Source: an uncultured Chloroflexia bacterium
GTDB lineage: Bacteria; Chloroflexota; Limnocylindria; Limnocylindrales; CSP1-4
Length of the DNA: 64,000 nt
NCBI GenBank assembly: GCA_963749705.1
Contig: CAVVNQ010000010.1
Coordinates: 1 to 64,000 of the forward strand
Reading direction: 5' to 3'
Shown: one piece after another, positions 29,655 through 39,610 of the stretch
Numbering within the stretch: position 1 is the stretch's first letter
Layout: every line of letters starts with the position of its first letter
Position numbers and translations under genes: made by a program
The notes under the pieces: model-generated
Told to the model about the DNA's origin: nothing
The model's database searches: none
The model's input: only the letters and a program-made list of their open reading frames with translations

Positions 29655-32549
29655 CTATGCGGGCGTTGCCGAGGGCGGATCGACCGGGGTCGGCTCGGAC
29701 AGCGTGAACCTGCCGGCCAGCGCCGCGGTCTCGGCCGCCGTTGCGACGTGGCCCCGCCCGCGCCGCTTGGCGACGAAGCAGGCGCGGTCGGCGGCCAGCA
29801 GGACCGCCTCCGCGTCGTCCCCGTCGTCCGGGAATGAGGCGGTGCCGACGGACGCCGATACCTGGACACCGTCGGCGGTCCACCCGGTGCCGGCGGCGCC
29901 AACCTCTCCGACCGCGGCCCCGATCCGGTCGGCGACGGCGGCCAGCCCGGCGGCGCTGCTGCGCGGCAGGATCACCACGAACTCGTCGCCGCCGTAGCGG
30001 AACACCGCGTCGGTGTCCCGTGCGCCGGCCACGATCGCGGCCGCGATCTCGCGCAGCAGCCGGTCCCCGGCCTGGTGGCCGAGCGTGTCGTTGACCGCCT
30101 TGAAGTCGTCGAGGTCGATCATCACGAGGCCGAACGGGTCGCCCGCGGATACGCTCCGCCCGAGCCAGTCCTTGAACGTGCCGTGGTTGAGGAGCCCGGT
30201 CAGGTCGTCCGTGCGAGCCCGGATCTCGGCAGCCTGGAACGTCTCCGCGTTGCGCAGCGCGATCGACACGATGCCCGCGAACAGCTTGACCAGCTCGAAC
30301 TCCTGCTCGTCGAACCGGGCCTCGATGCCCAGGCGCTCGAGCGTGAGCACCCCCGACGCGCCGTGCGGTCCGATCAGCGGCACCACGATCAGGCTGCCGT
30401 CGAGCTCGCCCGTCGAGCGGAAGTGGTTGACGCGCGGATCGGTGCGCTCGTCGTGGATGAGGACCGGCTCGTTGTGGTCGACGACCCAGGTCGCGATCCC
30501 GGTCTCGCCAGGCTCCCAGGGCGCGAGGAACTCGTCGGCATGGATGCCGCGCGCCGTCAGCGGGACCAGGAGGCCCGTCGGGCGCTCGACGACCTCGATC
30601 GCGATGTTGTCGCTGTACACGAGCGAGCCGAGGCTCTCGGTGATCTGCTCCAGGACGGCGATCCGGTCGAGCGTGGTCAGGATCGACTCGGTCGTCCGGA
30701 GCAGCTCCTGCTGGGTGCGCAGCTGCCGCTCGAGCGTCGCCGACTGGCGGCGGAGCCGCTCGGTCGCATCGGCGTTGGCCATGGCCTGGGCCGCGAACGA
30801 GGCGTAGATCACGAGCAGGCGGAGGTCGTCCTCCTGGAACTGGCGCAGCCCGAGCTTGGACAGCACGAGCACGCCCAGGCACTGGCCCTCGTGGACCATC
30901 GGCGCCAGCAGCATCGACTCATCGAGGTCCGGTTCGGTGCCCGGGATCGTGACGGCTCGCGGATCCGTGGCCGCGTCGTCGACCAGCTGGGGCACGCGGT
31001 AGCGGGCGACCCAGCCGGTGATCCCCTGGCCGAGCGGGGTCCGCAGCTGGTCCGGCGTCTCGTCCGAGTATTCGCCGACCTGGCCCAGCATCGCGACCGG
31101 GACGAGGTCTGACCCATCGATCCGGTAGACGCGCACGTTGTGGTACTCGATCAGCTCGCGGAGCTCGGTGGCGATGGCATGGCCGATCTGGCCCACCTCG
31201 GTGAGCCCGGACAGGCGTGCCCCGAGGCGCTGGATGGATTGCAGCTGCGCCGCCCAGGCGGCCATCCGCCCGAAGGTCCGCGCCGAGCGGACGGCCACGG
31301 CCGCATCGCCCGCCAGCCCTTCGGCAGCGTCCAGGTCGACCTCCCGCCAGTCGTACGCGCGATCGTGCGCGAGGTACAGGATCCCGTGCAGGTCGTGTCC
31401 GTCGACGAGCGGCGTGACCAGCAGCGTGTCGACGCCTTCCTGGACGGCGAGCGAGCGAAGCGGGCTCGCGGACCGCGGGGCGTCGGGGCCGGCCGCGATG
31501 ACCGGCCGGCGGGCCGGGATGTCATGCGGCACGACCCGGGCAACCTCGATGTCGCGGGCTGCGGCGAGGAAGGCTTCCGAGAAGCCCGTTCCCGCCGGTG
31601 ACGACACGCGTCCCTCGGCATCCCGCAGGACCACGGCGACGCGATCGGCGCCGAACAGGACGCGGGCATGATCGCTGAGGTCGCGAACCACGTCGCCAAC
31701 GTCAAGCCTGGACGCGAGGTCGGTCGCCACGCGCCGCAGCGCCTCGGATCGACGCAGGCGGCCCGTGGCCTGCTCGGCGGCGCCGGCTCCCCGGACGAGG
31801 ACGCCCAGCGTCCGAGCGATCGCCCGGGCAAGCCGGCGACCGTCGTCCGGCCCGAGCTCGACCGCACCGGCCAGGACCAGCACGCCCCATGGCACCTTGC
31901 CGCCGGGGATGGCGACCGCCAGCTCGTCGGTGCCCATCCCGAGCACGGGCAGCGGGCCCGGGGTCCCGGGGCGAGCGTGCACCGGCTCCGACGTCTCGAG
32001 CGCCATCGAGATCACGTTGGGATCGGCCGGGATCGATCGCGACGGCCAGGTCCCCGGACCCTCCGTCGCCGTCGCGCGAGCGACGAGCCCCCCCGGCCGG
32101 TGCTCCCAGACGCCGACCAGCGCCGCCCCGGTCACGGAGCGGATCCGCTCGCACGCCTCATCCAGGGCCGGATCGAGGCCGCTCGGCAGCGACGCGACCT
32201 CGGCCAGGTCCGCGAGCAGGTCGAACCCGGCCGGGCTCTCGGTGAGCGACGCGGGGACGGCGGCCTGCTGCCGCGGTTGGCGAAGGCCGGCGACGGACGC
32301 CTCGGAGGGAATCTGGGGGCCGGACGCGGCCGCGGCAAGGAACCGCTGGAGATCTGCCTCGCGATACCGCCGGTCGCCGCGCTCGTTGATCCGGTAGTAG
32401 CGCAGGCGTCCGGCGTCGCTCCAGGCACGCACGGTGTTCGCGTGCACGCCGAGGATGCGCGCCGCCCGCGTGACGGTCAGCGTGGCGTCCCCGGGACGTG
32501 CGGCCCGGGGACTCGTGGTGGCGGTGTGGGATTTGTCAAGCTGCGCCAT
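29655..32549 (-). CDS. Diguanylate cyclase with N-terminal MerR/excisionase-type HTH and several GAF domains
   Basis: LTVTRAARILGVHANTVRAWSDAG..GDRRY; GAF repeats (GQGITGWVA, GETGIATWV); DDLTGLLN..DLDDFK..RDTD..YGGDEF. Confidence 0.92.
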   Translation of the reverse strand: MAQLDKSHTATTSPRAARPGDATLTVTRAARILGVHANTVRAWSDAGRLRYYRINERGDRRYREADLQRFLAAAASGPQIPSEASVAGLRQPRQQAAVPASLTESPAGFDLLADLAEVASLPSGLDPALDEACERIRSVTGAALVGVWEHRPGGLVARATATEGPGTWPSRSIPADPNVISMALETSEPVHARPGTPGPLPVLGMGTDELAVAIPGGKVPWGVLVLAGAVELGPDDGRRLARAIARTLGVLVRGAGAAEQATGRLRRSEALRRVATDLASRLDVGDVVRDLSDHARVLFGADRVAVVLRDAEGRVSSPAGTGFSEAFLAAARDIEVARVVPHDIPARRPVIAAGPDAPRSASPLRSLAVQEGVDTLLVTPLVDGHDLHGILYLAHDRAYDWREVDLDAAEGLAGDAAVAVRSARTFGRMAAWAAQLQSIQRLGARLSGLTEVGQIGHAIATELRELIEYHNVRVYRIDGSDLVPVAMLGQVGEYSDETPDQLRTPLGQGITGWVARYRVPQLVDDAATDPRAVTIPGTEPDLDESMLLAPMVHEGQCLGVLVLSKLGLRQFQEDDLRLLVIYASFAAQAMANADATERLRRQSATLERQLRTQQELLRTTESILTTLDRIAVLEQITESLGSLVYSDNIAIEVVERPTGLLVPLTARGIHADEFLAPWEPGETGIATWVVDHNEPVLIHDERTDPRVNHFRSTGELDGSLIVVPLIGPHGASGVLTLERLGIEARFDEQEFELVKLFAGIVSIALRNAETFQAAEIRARTDDLTGLLNHGTFKDWLGRSVSAGDPFGLVMIDLDDFKAVNDTLGHQAGDRLLREIAAAIVAGARDTDAVFRYGGDEFVVILPRSSAAGLAAVADRIGAAVGEVGAAGTGWTADGVQVSASVGTASFPDDGDDAEAVLLAADRACFVAKRRGRGHVATAAETAALAGRFTLSEPTPVDPPSATPA

Positions 32550-32679
32550 CGGCTGCGACTCTCGCCTGCTTCACAGGAGTTGACAATAGGACCATGTTCC
32601 CATGACGCGCCCGCGGCGCGCGCGCCAGGACACGGCGGGGTCGCGCCGGTGCCTCCGTCGCCGTCCGACGGCGCCTGCG

Positions 32680-33609
32680 TCAGGGCTCGGGCCGGTCCCG
32701 CCGCGGACCGCCCGTCGCGCGCACGTAGAGCAGCGTCGCGACGAGGGCGAGTGCCGCGATCACCACGACCGCGACGATGGCCGCGAGCGGGTCGCCGACG
32801 AGGCCCGGACCCTGGCCCGAGCTCCGGGGGTCGCCGAGCGCCGCGGTGGTGGGTACCGGCGATGCCGCCAGGACCGCCGGTGGCACGAGCGCGGTGCCCA
32901 CGGCACCGACCAGGCCCCAGGCAACGGCGATGGCGATGAGCCCGACCCCGAGGGCCAGGAGCGCCGACGCGAGCAGGGTTGCTGGCCGGTGATCCGCCGC
33001 CAGCAGCCGCATCGCCTCGGCGCGCTCGAGGTTGGTCAGGATCAGGGGGCGACCGATGCCCGGCCGGAGCATCGGTCCCCGCTCCGGGTCGACCGTCGGC
33101 ACGCCCAGCGCCAGCGCATGCTCCACGCTGCTGAGCTGCTCGACGCGAAGTCGTACCGGCGTCTCGGGCGGCAGGTCCGCCGGCACCCGGTCGGGGATCT
33201 CACCCGCGGTGCCCTCCGCCTCACGGATCACCACGAGCAGCCCGTCGTCCAGGTCGCCGCCGTCGATCCCGATCGTGTCCAGGCCCTCGGAGAGCTCGAA
33301 TGGCACCGCCTCGCGGACGTCCTCCAGGGCCGTCCAGGTGGACCCGCCTCCGCGCTCCAGCCGGGTGCGGCGGTAGACGAGCGGCCGCTGGTGCTCGTCC
33401 TCGAACTCCGCGTCCGCCTCGATCCGTCCGGTGACCGCGACGTACCGCGGCCGCCCGCTCCCGGCAAGGGCGCGCGCATCCGCGATCCCGATCAGCGGCG
33501 TGGCCGCGAGGATCCGGCCAAGGCGAGCGTTGGGACCCAGGCGCCGCAACGCCACCCAGCCGCCGGCGAGCGCGACGACACCGGCGGCGATCAGGACCTG
33601 GGGGATCAC
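32680..33609 (-). CDS. Hypothetical membrane protein
   Basis: N-terminal TM, soluble beta domain, two C-terminal TMs; TATGAT 6 nt before GTG. Confidence 0.7.
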   Translation of the reverse strand: MIPQVLIAAGVVALAGGWVALRRLGPNARLGRILAATPLIGIADARALAGSGRPRYVAVTGRIEADAEFEDEHQRPLVYRRTRLERGGGSTWTALEDVREAVPFELSEGLDTIGIDGGDLDDGLLVVIREAEGTAGEIPDRVPADLPPETPVRLRVEQLSSVEHALALGVPTVDPERGPMLRPGIGRPLILTNLERAEAMRLLAADHRPATLLASALLALGVGLIAIAVAWGLVGAVGTALVPPAVLAASPVPTTAALGDPRSSGQGPGLVGDPLAAIVAVVVIAALALVATLLYVRATGGPRRDRPEP

Positions 33610-33664
33610 CCGGCGATCATACCGGCCGCCCCGGGCCGGAGCCGTGGCGAACCAAGCGCCGGGA

Positions 33665-33782
33665 ATCAATACGCCCGAAGGAACCTACTCGACGCGTGGG
33701 CGTTGATGTCATCGCCGCCGTTAGCATCGCTCGGCCCCTTCGGGCTGCATCCAACGCTACGCTCGGCCGGTGCCGGGGTCAA
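33665..33782 (-). ncRNA. Promoter plus candidate ~80-nt structured RNA
   Basis: Minus-strand TTGACC(33782)-17-TAGCGT(33759); downstream GCCCGAAGG...CCTTCGGGC closing stem with internal hairpins. Confidence 0.4.
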
Positions 33783-33872
33783 TGCGCTTATCCACCCCGG
33801 ACCGCCTCGTCCTCCCGATCTGTCCACCGGCCGTCCACAGCGCGGGCTCGACGGACAGCCGGGACGCACGCC

Positions 33873-34445
33873 TCAGCCGGCGTCGCGGCCCGTCCGCGGG
33901 TCGATCGCCCGGACCTGGTCGTCGAAGCTGGTCAGGACCAGCCGCCCGCCCACGAGCTCCGCGCCGGTCACGACGTCGGAGTGGGCGACTCGCCAGGCGA
34001 CATCCCCGTCAGCCTCGATGGCGAACGTCTCGATCTCCGCCTGCACGATCACGTGCGGCAGCCTCGACGATCCCAGGACGACCAGGATCGGCGTGGCGGA
34101 GCGATGGCTCCAGCGCAGCTCGCCCGACCGGGCCTCGAACGCGTAGGCGTGGAACCCGAACTTGACGACGAGCAGCGCCTCGGTGTCCCACAGCAGGCCG
34201 GCCGGCTCATCGCTGATGAGCGACGCGAGACGAACCGTCCAGGGCCCGCCCGGCGTCTCCACCCGGATCTCCGCGCGGCAGCGCGCGTCGGGGTCGGGCC
34301 CGGCAAGGTCGCCGAGATCGACCAGCGACCCGCCCGCCTCGGTCAGCGCGAACACCGCGGCGGACTGGCCGGAGCCCGCCCAGCGCATGCTCGCCCGGAT
34401 GCCACCGGGAAACTGGATGACCGCGTGGCCGGGCTCGGGAGCCAT
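33873..34445 (-). CDS. Hypothetical protein (beta-propeller-like repeats)
   Basis: YAFEARSGELRW and FAIEADGDVAW PQQ-like blades; 9 bp downstream of the YbaK gene. Confidence 0.65.
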   Translation of the reverse strand: MAPEPGHAVIQFPGGIRASMRWAGSGQSAAVFALTEAGGSLVDLGDLAGPDPDARCRAEIRVETPGGPWTVRLASLISDEPAGLLWDTEALLVVKFGFHAYAFEARSGELRWSHRSATPILVVLGSSRLPHVIVQAEIETFAIEADGDVAWRVAHSDVVTGAELVGGRLVLTSFDDQVRAIDPRTGRDAG

Positions 34446-34454
34446 GTCCGGCGC

Positions 34455-35027
34455 CTACGCGCCGGCGTTCTGCGCTGCGGGCGGGTTCCCGAGACCGGCT
34501 CCCTCGGCCAGGACGTCGGCCTGCCGGCGCTCCTCGCAGATGGGCGCGACGTGCGCGTTGGCCAGCATCCGCAAAGTCGCCGGCGGGACCGCGAACACGG
34601 CGGTCGGCGTGCCCGCGGCAGCCCACACGACGGGGAAGCGGCCGAGATCGGGATCCATGATCACGCGCAGCGCGCGGGGGTGGCCGATCGGGGGGATGCC
34701 GCCGATGACGTACCCGGTCAGCTCCCGCGCCTCGTTCGCCGTTGCACGCCGCACGTCGGGCTCGCCGGAGACGGCGGCCAGCCGTGCCAGGTCCACGCGG
34801 TTGGGACCAGAGACGAGGCACAGGATCGGCTCGATCGTGGCGTCCTCGCGCGGCGCGGCGAACACCAGCGACTTGACGATCTGGCCCAGCTCGGCGCCGA
34901 CGGCCGCGGCCGCTTCCTCCGCGGTGTGCGTCGATTCGGAGAAGACCCTGATGTCGAGCGCGACACCCTTGCGGGCGGCGGCATCGACGACCCGTTGGAT
35001 CGGCGCGTTGGGTGGGGTCTCGGGCAC
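34455..35027 (-). CDS. YbaK/EbsC aminoacyl-tRNA deacylase family
   Basis: THTAEEAA, QIVKSLVF, TGYVIGGIPPIG, WAAAGT; TAGACT 7 nt before GTG. Confidence 0.9.
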   Translation of the reverse strand: MPETPPNAPIQRVVDAAARKGVALDIRVFSESTHTAEEAAAAVGAELGQIVKSLVFAAPREDATIEPILCLVSGPNRVDLARLAAVSGEPDVRRATANEARELTGYVIGGIPPIGHPRALRVIMDPDLGRFPVVWAAAGTPTAVFAVPPATLRMLANAHVAPICEERRQADVLAEGAGLGNPPAAQNAGA

Positions 35028-35088
35028 GGCCGGGAGTCTACACGACGCGGCGTTCTGAACGCGCGGTCCGAGCGCTACGATCCGTTGC

Positions 35089-35835
35089 ATGCCCAACGGA
35101 GACCGGCGCGAAACAGCAGCCACGGGCGCGGCCCGGCATGTCGTGGTCGTCGCGGACGGCGATGTGCCCACCCGGGTGGAGCTGGACGCTGCGTGGCCCG
35201 GGTGGGCGGAGGGCATCGGAGAGGTGATCGCCGCCGACGGTGGCCTCGCCCGAGCGCCGGTCGCCGGGCTGACGCCCACCCTGCTGGTCGGCGACCTCGA
35301 CTCGCTCAGCCCCGAGCTCGTCGCGGAGGCAGCGTCCAGGGGTCTGCCCATCGAGCGCGCCGCCGTCACCAAGGACGAGTCGGATGCGGAGCTCGCGATG
35401 CTCGCCGCGGTCGCCCGCGGCGCCACCCGGATCACGGTGCTCGGCGCGTTCGGCGGCCCGCGGCTGGACCATGCGCTGGCCAACCTGTGGTTGCTCGCGC
35501 ACCCGGCGCTGGCGACGGCCGACGTCGTGCTGCTCGATGCGGGCTCGCGCGTCACGCTCATCGCCGCCCCGGGTCCGGAGGGGCAGCCGGTCACCCGCCG
35601 GCTGGCCGGGCGCCCGGGCGCGCTCGTCTCGCTGCTTCCGTTCGCCGGGGACGTGGACGGCGTGACGACGCGTGGCCTCCGCTACGCGCTCGTCGACGAG
35701 CCGCTGCTGATCGGTCCGGCGCGCGGCCTGTCGAACGTTCGCCTCCGAGCGGATGCCGCCGTGACGGTGCGCCGGGGACGGCTCGTGGTCATCGAGACCG
35801 CCGCAATCCGGAGCGGGCTATCCTCCGTGTCATGA
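35089..35835 (+). CDS. thiN: Thiamine diphosphokinase
   Basis: IAADGG, LVGDLDS, KDESDAELA, GAFGGPRLDH, GLRYAL..GLSN. Confidence 0.92.
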   Translation: MPNGDRRETAATGAARHVVVVADGDVPTRVELDAAWPGWAEGIGEVIAADGGLARAPVAGLTPTLLVGDLDSLSPELVAEAASRGLPIERAAVTKDESDAELAMLAAVARGATRITVLGAFGGPRLDHALANLWLLAHPALATADVVLLDAGSRVTLIAAPGPEGQPVTRRLAGRPGALVSLLPFAGDVDGVTTRGLRYALVDEPLLIGPARGLSNVRLRADAAVTVRRGRLVVIETAAIRSGLSSVS

Positions 35836-36317
35836 CCATGCCGACAGCCGGTGATCCGGCGCCCCCGCTCTCGCTCCCCGACGAGCATGGCACGATCCAC
35901 AGCCTTGCCGACCGGCGCGGCGCGTGGACCGTCGTCTACTTCTACCCCGCCGACGACACGCCCGGGTGCACCACAGAGGCCTGCCAGTTCCGCGACCTGT
36001 ACCAGGACGTGCTGGCCATCGGCGCCGAGATCTGGGCGATCAGCCCGGACGACGCCGCAAGCCACGCCGCATTCCGGGCGAAGTACACCCTGCCGTTCAC
36101 ACTGCTCTCGGACGTCGACCATGCGGTCGCCGAGGCCTACGGCGCCTGGCAGGAGAAGCAAAACTACGGTCGGACCTACATGGGCATCGTCCGCTCGAGC
36201 TTCCTGGTCGATCCGGATGGGAGGCTCGCGACCGTGTGGCCCAAGGTCAAGGCGGACGGCCACGCGGCGCTCGTCCTGACGGCGCTCCAGACGGCGATGC
36301 GCGAGCGCGGCGACTGA
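35832..36317 (+). CDS. bcp: Peroxiredoxin BCP/PrxQ
   Basis: YFYPADDTPGCTTEACQFRD, RSSFLVD. Confidence 0.95.
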   Translation: MTMPTAGDPAPPLSLPDEHGTIHSLADRRGAWTVVYFYPADDTPGCTTEACQFRDLYQDVLAIGAEIWAISPDDAASHAAFRAKYTLPFTLLSDVDHAVAEAYGAWQEKQNYGRTYMGIVRSSFLVDPDGRLATVWPKVKADGHAALVLTALQTAMRERGD

Positions 36318-36462
36318 CCCACGGGCAGCAAAGAAGGCTTCGCTCGTGGGGGGAGACGAGCGAAGCCTCGATCGGAAAGTAGCACAACAGGAACTGCAAT
36401 GCATCTGCAATCCCGACCGCCAGAACGGTCCCGCGGCATCGCGATCGCGAGGTCCCGCCGAC

Positions 36463-37263
36463 ATGCCCGATGACGCCCGCGCACGCTCCCACCCCTGGCG
36501 CCCGGCGCGCTTCATGGTCATCGTGGCACACCCCGACGACGCCGACTTCGGGCCGGCGGCGACGGCCGCCAGGTGGATCGATGAAGGGTCTGAGGGCTGG
36601 CTCGTGTGCTGCACCAGTGGCGATGCCGGCGCCGACGACTGGACGACCGATCCGCTCGAGCTGGCAGCGGTGCGCGAGGTCGAGCAGCGTGCCGCGGCGG
36701 CGATCATCGGCTACGCCGGCGTGAGCTTCCTCCACCAGCCGGATGGCGGGCTGGCCAACGACCTCGCCCTTCGCGAGCAGCTGGTGCGCGAGATCCGGAC
36801 CTTCCGTCCCGATGCCGTGCTTGCCGTCGACCCGGAGGCCCTGTTCCACGGGGACCATGGCGTCAACCACTCGGACCACCGGGCGGCGGGGATCGCGGCC
36901 GTGGATGCCGTCTACCCGGCTGCGAGGAACGCCATGGCCTTCCCGTGGCTGGCGCGCGACGGGCTTGCCCCGCACCGCGTCCGCCGGCTGTACCTGTTCT
37001 GGTCGAACCAGCCCTCGGCGTGGATCGACGTCAGCGGCACGCTCGAGCGCAAGCTCGACGCCCTGCGCGCGCATGCCAGCCAGCTCCGGCGCCCGGCGGA
37101 GCTGGAGCAGCGGATCCGGGAGTGGGCCCGCGAGGAGGGCGAGCCACTGGGCGTCGAGGCTGCCGAGGCGCTGCGCGTCATCGTGATCGACGATGACGAC
37201 GACACGACCCCGCCGGCGGGTGAGACATCGCCGGACGAGGCAACGGACGCGACCGGGGCCTGA
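36463..37263 (+). CDS. PIG-L family deacetylase
   Basis: AHPDDAD, TSGDAG, HSDH, AHASQ. Confidence 0.9.
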   Translation: MPDDARARSHPWRPARFMVIVAHPDDADFGPAATAARWIDEGSEGWLVCCTSGDAGADDWTTDPLELAAVREVEQRAAAAIIGYAGVSFLHQPDGGLANDLALREQLVREIRTFRPDAVLAVDPEALFHGDHGVNHSDHRAAGIAAVDAVYPAARNAMAFPWLARDGLAPHRVRRLYLFWSNQPSAWIDVSGTLERKLDALRAHASQLRRPAELEQRIREWAREEGEPLGVEAAEALRVIVIDDDDDTTPPAGETSPDEATDATGA

Positions 37264-37278
37264 CCAGGGGCGGCGGGC

Positions 37279-39096
37279 TCAGCCTTCGCCGATCAGCGCC
37301 GGACGGACCCGGCCCCACGCGTTCCAGACATCGGCGAGCTCGGCTGCTCGCCCGCCGAGCGCGTCGACCATCCGGCCGAGCGACAGGTCCCCGGCCTCGT
37401 CGACCAGCCATTCGTCGGCGGCCACCGAGGCCTCGGCGAACAGGCCGGCCAGCTCGGACTCCCGAGGCCAGTTCCGGATCCGCATCCGGTCCAGCCCCGC
37501 GTAGCCGACCGCGAGCGACAGATCCCGCTGCGCCGGGACGCGACCGTCGGCAAAGCCACCGATCCCGTCGAACCGGTACCCAAGCGCCGACAGCGCAGCA
37601 ACGATCTCTCGCTGCTCGCGGCGATTGAACAGGCCCCAGAAGCCGTCCTCGGGCAGCCGCAGGTACCCCGCTTCGATCGCGCGGGCGACGATCGCGTCCA
37701 CCAGGCCGGCGATCCGCAGCTGCCACTCGGGGGCGGTCTCGGGTCCCGGTTCCGCGAGCACCGCGACCAGACGCTCGAGCGCCTGCCGGTCGCCGCGCAG
37801 GATCCGGATCACGGGCGCCGAGTCGCTGTCGCTGGCGAGCACGTCGGCGGGCACCGGAAGGGGCTCCTCCCGCTCGGTCGGCCACACGCCGTCCAGGGTC
37901 GAGGCGACGCGTTCGGGAGCGGCCACGGCAGCCGCCGCGGCCGCCGACTGGCTGGCGGCGCGGATCGCCTGCTCCTCGCATCGGGCCAGCGCGGTCCGGG
38001 CGTCGTGGCAGGCCGCGTCCGCGGTCTCGGCGGTGATCCGCGCGACGTCCGCCTCGACCGCGACGCGATCCAGGCCGGGCAGCAGCTCGCGCAGCTGCGC
38101 ACCGCCCGCCTGGACGGTGTGGGCCGCGTCCCGCGCTGCGGTGTTGAGGCGATTGACCTGGGTGAGCCACTCGCGGGCCGCGGCCTCGGCCTGCTCGGGG
38201 CTCGTGGCGCTCGCCCTGGCCGACCGGAACGCCCGATGCAGCGCGTCCTTCGAGGCGCGGATCTCCCGCGGATCAGACTGGGTCTGCGCCTGCTCGACGC
38301 GCTCTCGGAGCTCGTCGTAGGCGCGCTGCGCCTCGCGCAGCGCCTCGGCGGCACGTCGTGCCTGCTCGCGGGCTGCATCGGCAAGCGCACACCGCTCGCG
38401 GACGAGATGCCGCTCGGTCGCGCAGGTCGCGCTGGCGTCGTCCCCCGCCTCGGGGCCGTCGGCAGGGGTGCTGGCGCTCGCAGACTCCCCTGGGGCGTCC
38501 CCGGGGGGCTCCTCGGCGGTCATCGCGACAGGCGCAACGCGTGCGCCCGAAGGGATGGCTGTTGCATTCGGCGCCTCCGGATCGATGCGAATCGCAACCG
38601 CAGTCTGACCGATTCCGGGCCTCACCGCCGCCGTCGGCCTCGCGCGCACGGCGACCCCCGCCGGCACGCGATCGGCGTCACGCGACACCCGATCCGGTGC
38701 GGCGGTGGCCTGAACGTCCGGCGGCGCGCCTCGGCCCACCGGGACCGCGACCGCCGCCGCGTGGATCTCGGCGGGGGCGGATGGAACACGCGTTCGAGCG
38801 GCGCGGTCGCGGCCGCTGCTGCTCGTGCGCTGCCGGCCGTCTCCGGTGAGGCCGGCAAGGCGGCGCTCGAGCCAGTCGTCGTCTCCCGGCGAGCCGGGTA
38901 TCAGGATCCGCCCGGCGGCAGGATCGGCGGACGCCAGGGTCGTCGCGCGACGCGGGACGATCGAGTTCGGGGAGACAGTGATCCGGACCTCCCGGCGACG
39001 GGCCGGATGGTTGCGTCGGACCCCGAACAGCGCGGCACCGAACGCGGCGCCGACCGCGAGGCCCATGGCGAGAAACGCGATCTCGGAGGGGCTCAC
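37279..39096 (-). CDS. Hypothetical membrane-anchored coiled-coil protein
   Basis: N-terminal TM, low-complexity linker, long Ala/Glu/Arg helical region, globular C-terminus; AAGGAGG RBS. Confidence 0.7.
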   Translation of the reverse strand: MSPSEIAFLAMGLAVGAAFGAALFGVRRNHPARRREVRITVSPNSIVPRRATTLASADPAAGRILIPGSPGDDDWLERRLAGLTGDGRQRTSSSGRDRAARTRVPSAPAEIHAAAVAVPVGRGAPPDVQATAAPDRVSRDADRVPAGVAVRARPTAAVRPGIGQTAVAIRIDPEAPNATAIPSGARVAPVAMTAEEPPGDAPGESASASTPADGPEAGDDASATCATERHLVRERCALADAAREQARRAAEALREAQRAYDELRERVEQAQTQSDPREIRASKDALHRAFRSARASATSPEQAEAAAREWLTQVNRLNTAARDAAHTVQAGGAQLRELLPGLDRVAVEADVARITAETADAACHDARTALARCEEQAIRAASQSAAAAAAVAAPERVASTLDGVWPTEREEPLPVPADVLASDSDSAPVIRILRGDRQALERLVAVLAEPGPETAPEWQLRIAGLVDAIVARAIEAGYLRLPEDGFWGLFNRREQREIVAALSALGYRFDGIGGFADGRVPAQRDLSLAVGYAGLDRMRIRNWPRESELAGLFAEASVAADEWLVDEAGDLSLGRMVDALGGRAAELADVWNAWGRVRPALIGEG

Positions 39097-39140
39097 GTGC
39101 CTCCTTGGGGCGCCCGAGAGGGAGCCTGTCGAACGCGGCC

Positions 39141-39185
39141 AGCGTAGCTGCGGCCCGTGGCGTCGTCAACTTGACGACGCCACGG
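39141..39185 (-). promoter_or_regulatory. Promoter TTGACG-17-TACGCT overlapped by a perfect 31-bp palindrome
   Basis: CCGTGGCGTCGTCAA-C-TTGACGACGCCACGG at 39155-39185; minus-strand -10 at 39141-39146. Confidence 0.6.
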
Positions 39186-39610
39186 CGTCTGGATCGACCG
39201 TTGCCTGCGGCGCCACGAAACCGCCGTGCGGCCCGTGGACGAGGGATCTGGCGCCCGGATGCGGTCCGCGACCCTGCTGCAGCGGACTTCCGTTGGCTGT
39301 GAGGCCACGAATCCACCCGCATACCCGGCCGATCACCTGGGGATGGGCGTTCTCGTGGCCCGACAGGCCACAGACCGGTGCGCCCCGGTCCGCGGATGGC
39401 CGCGGACCGGTCGGGCGGTCGCCGCGCGGCACCTGGGACCGCCCGGCTGGCCAACCGACGGCCTGGTGGCCCTCTGAAACGGGCCGGTTGGCCTGCGCCG
39501 CCGTGCACGTGCGGCCGTGGCTTGGTAGATTCCAACGCACGGGCGGCGGCTGCGCCGCCTTCGTTTTCCGTCGCCCTGCCGAGCCATCGCTGGAAAGGCA
39601 CGTCCGCTTC

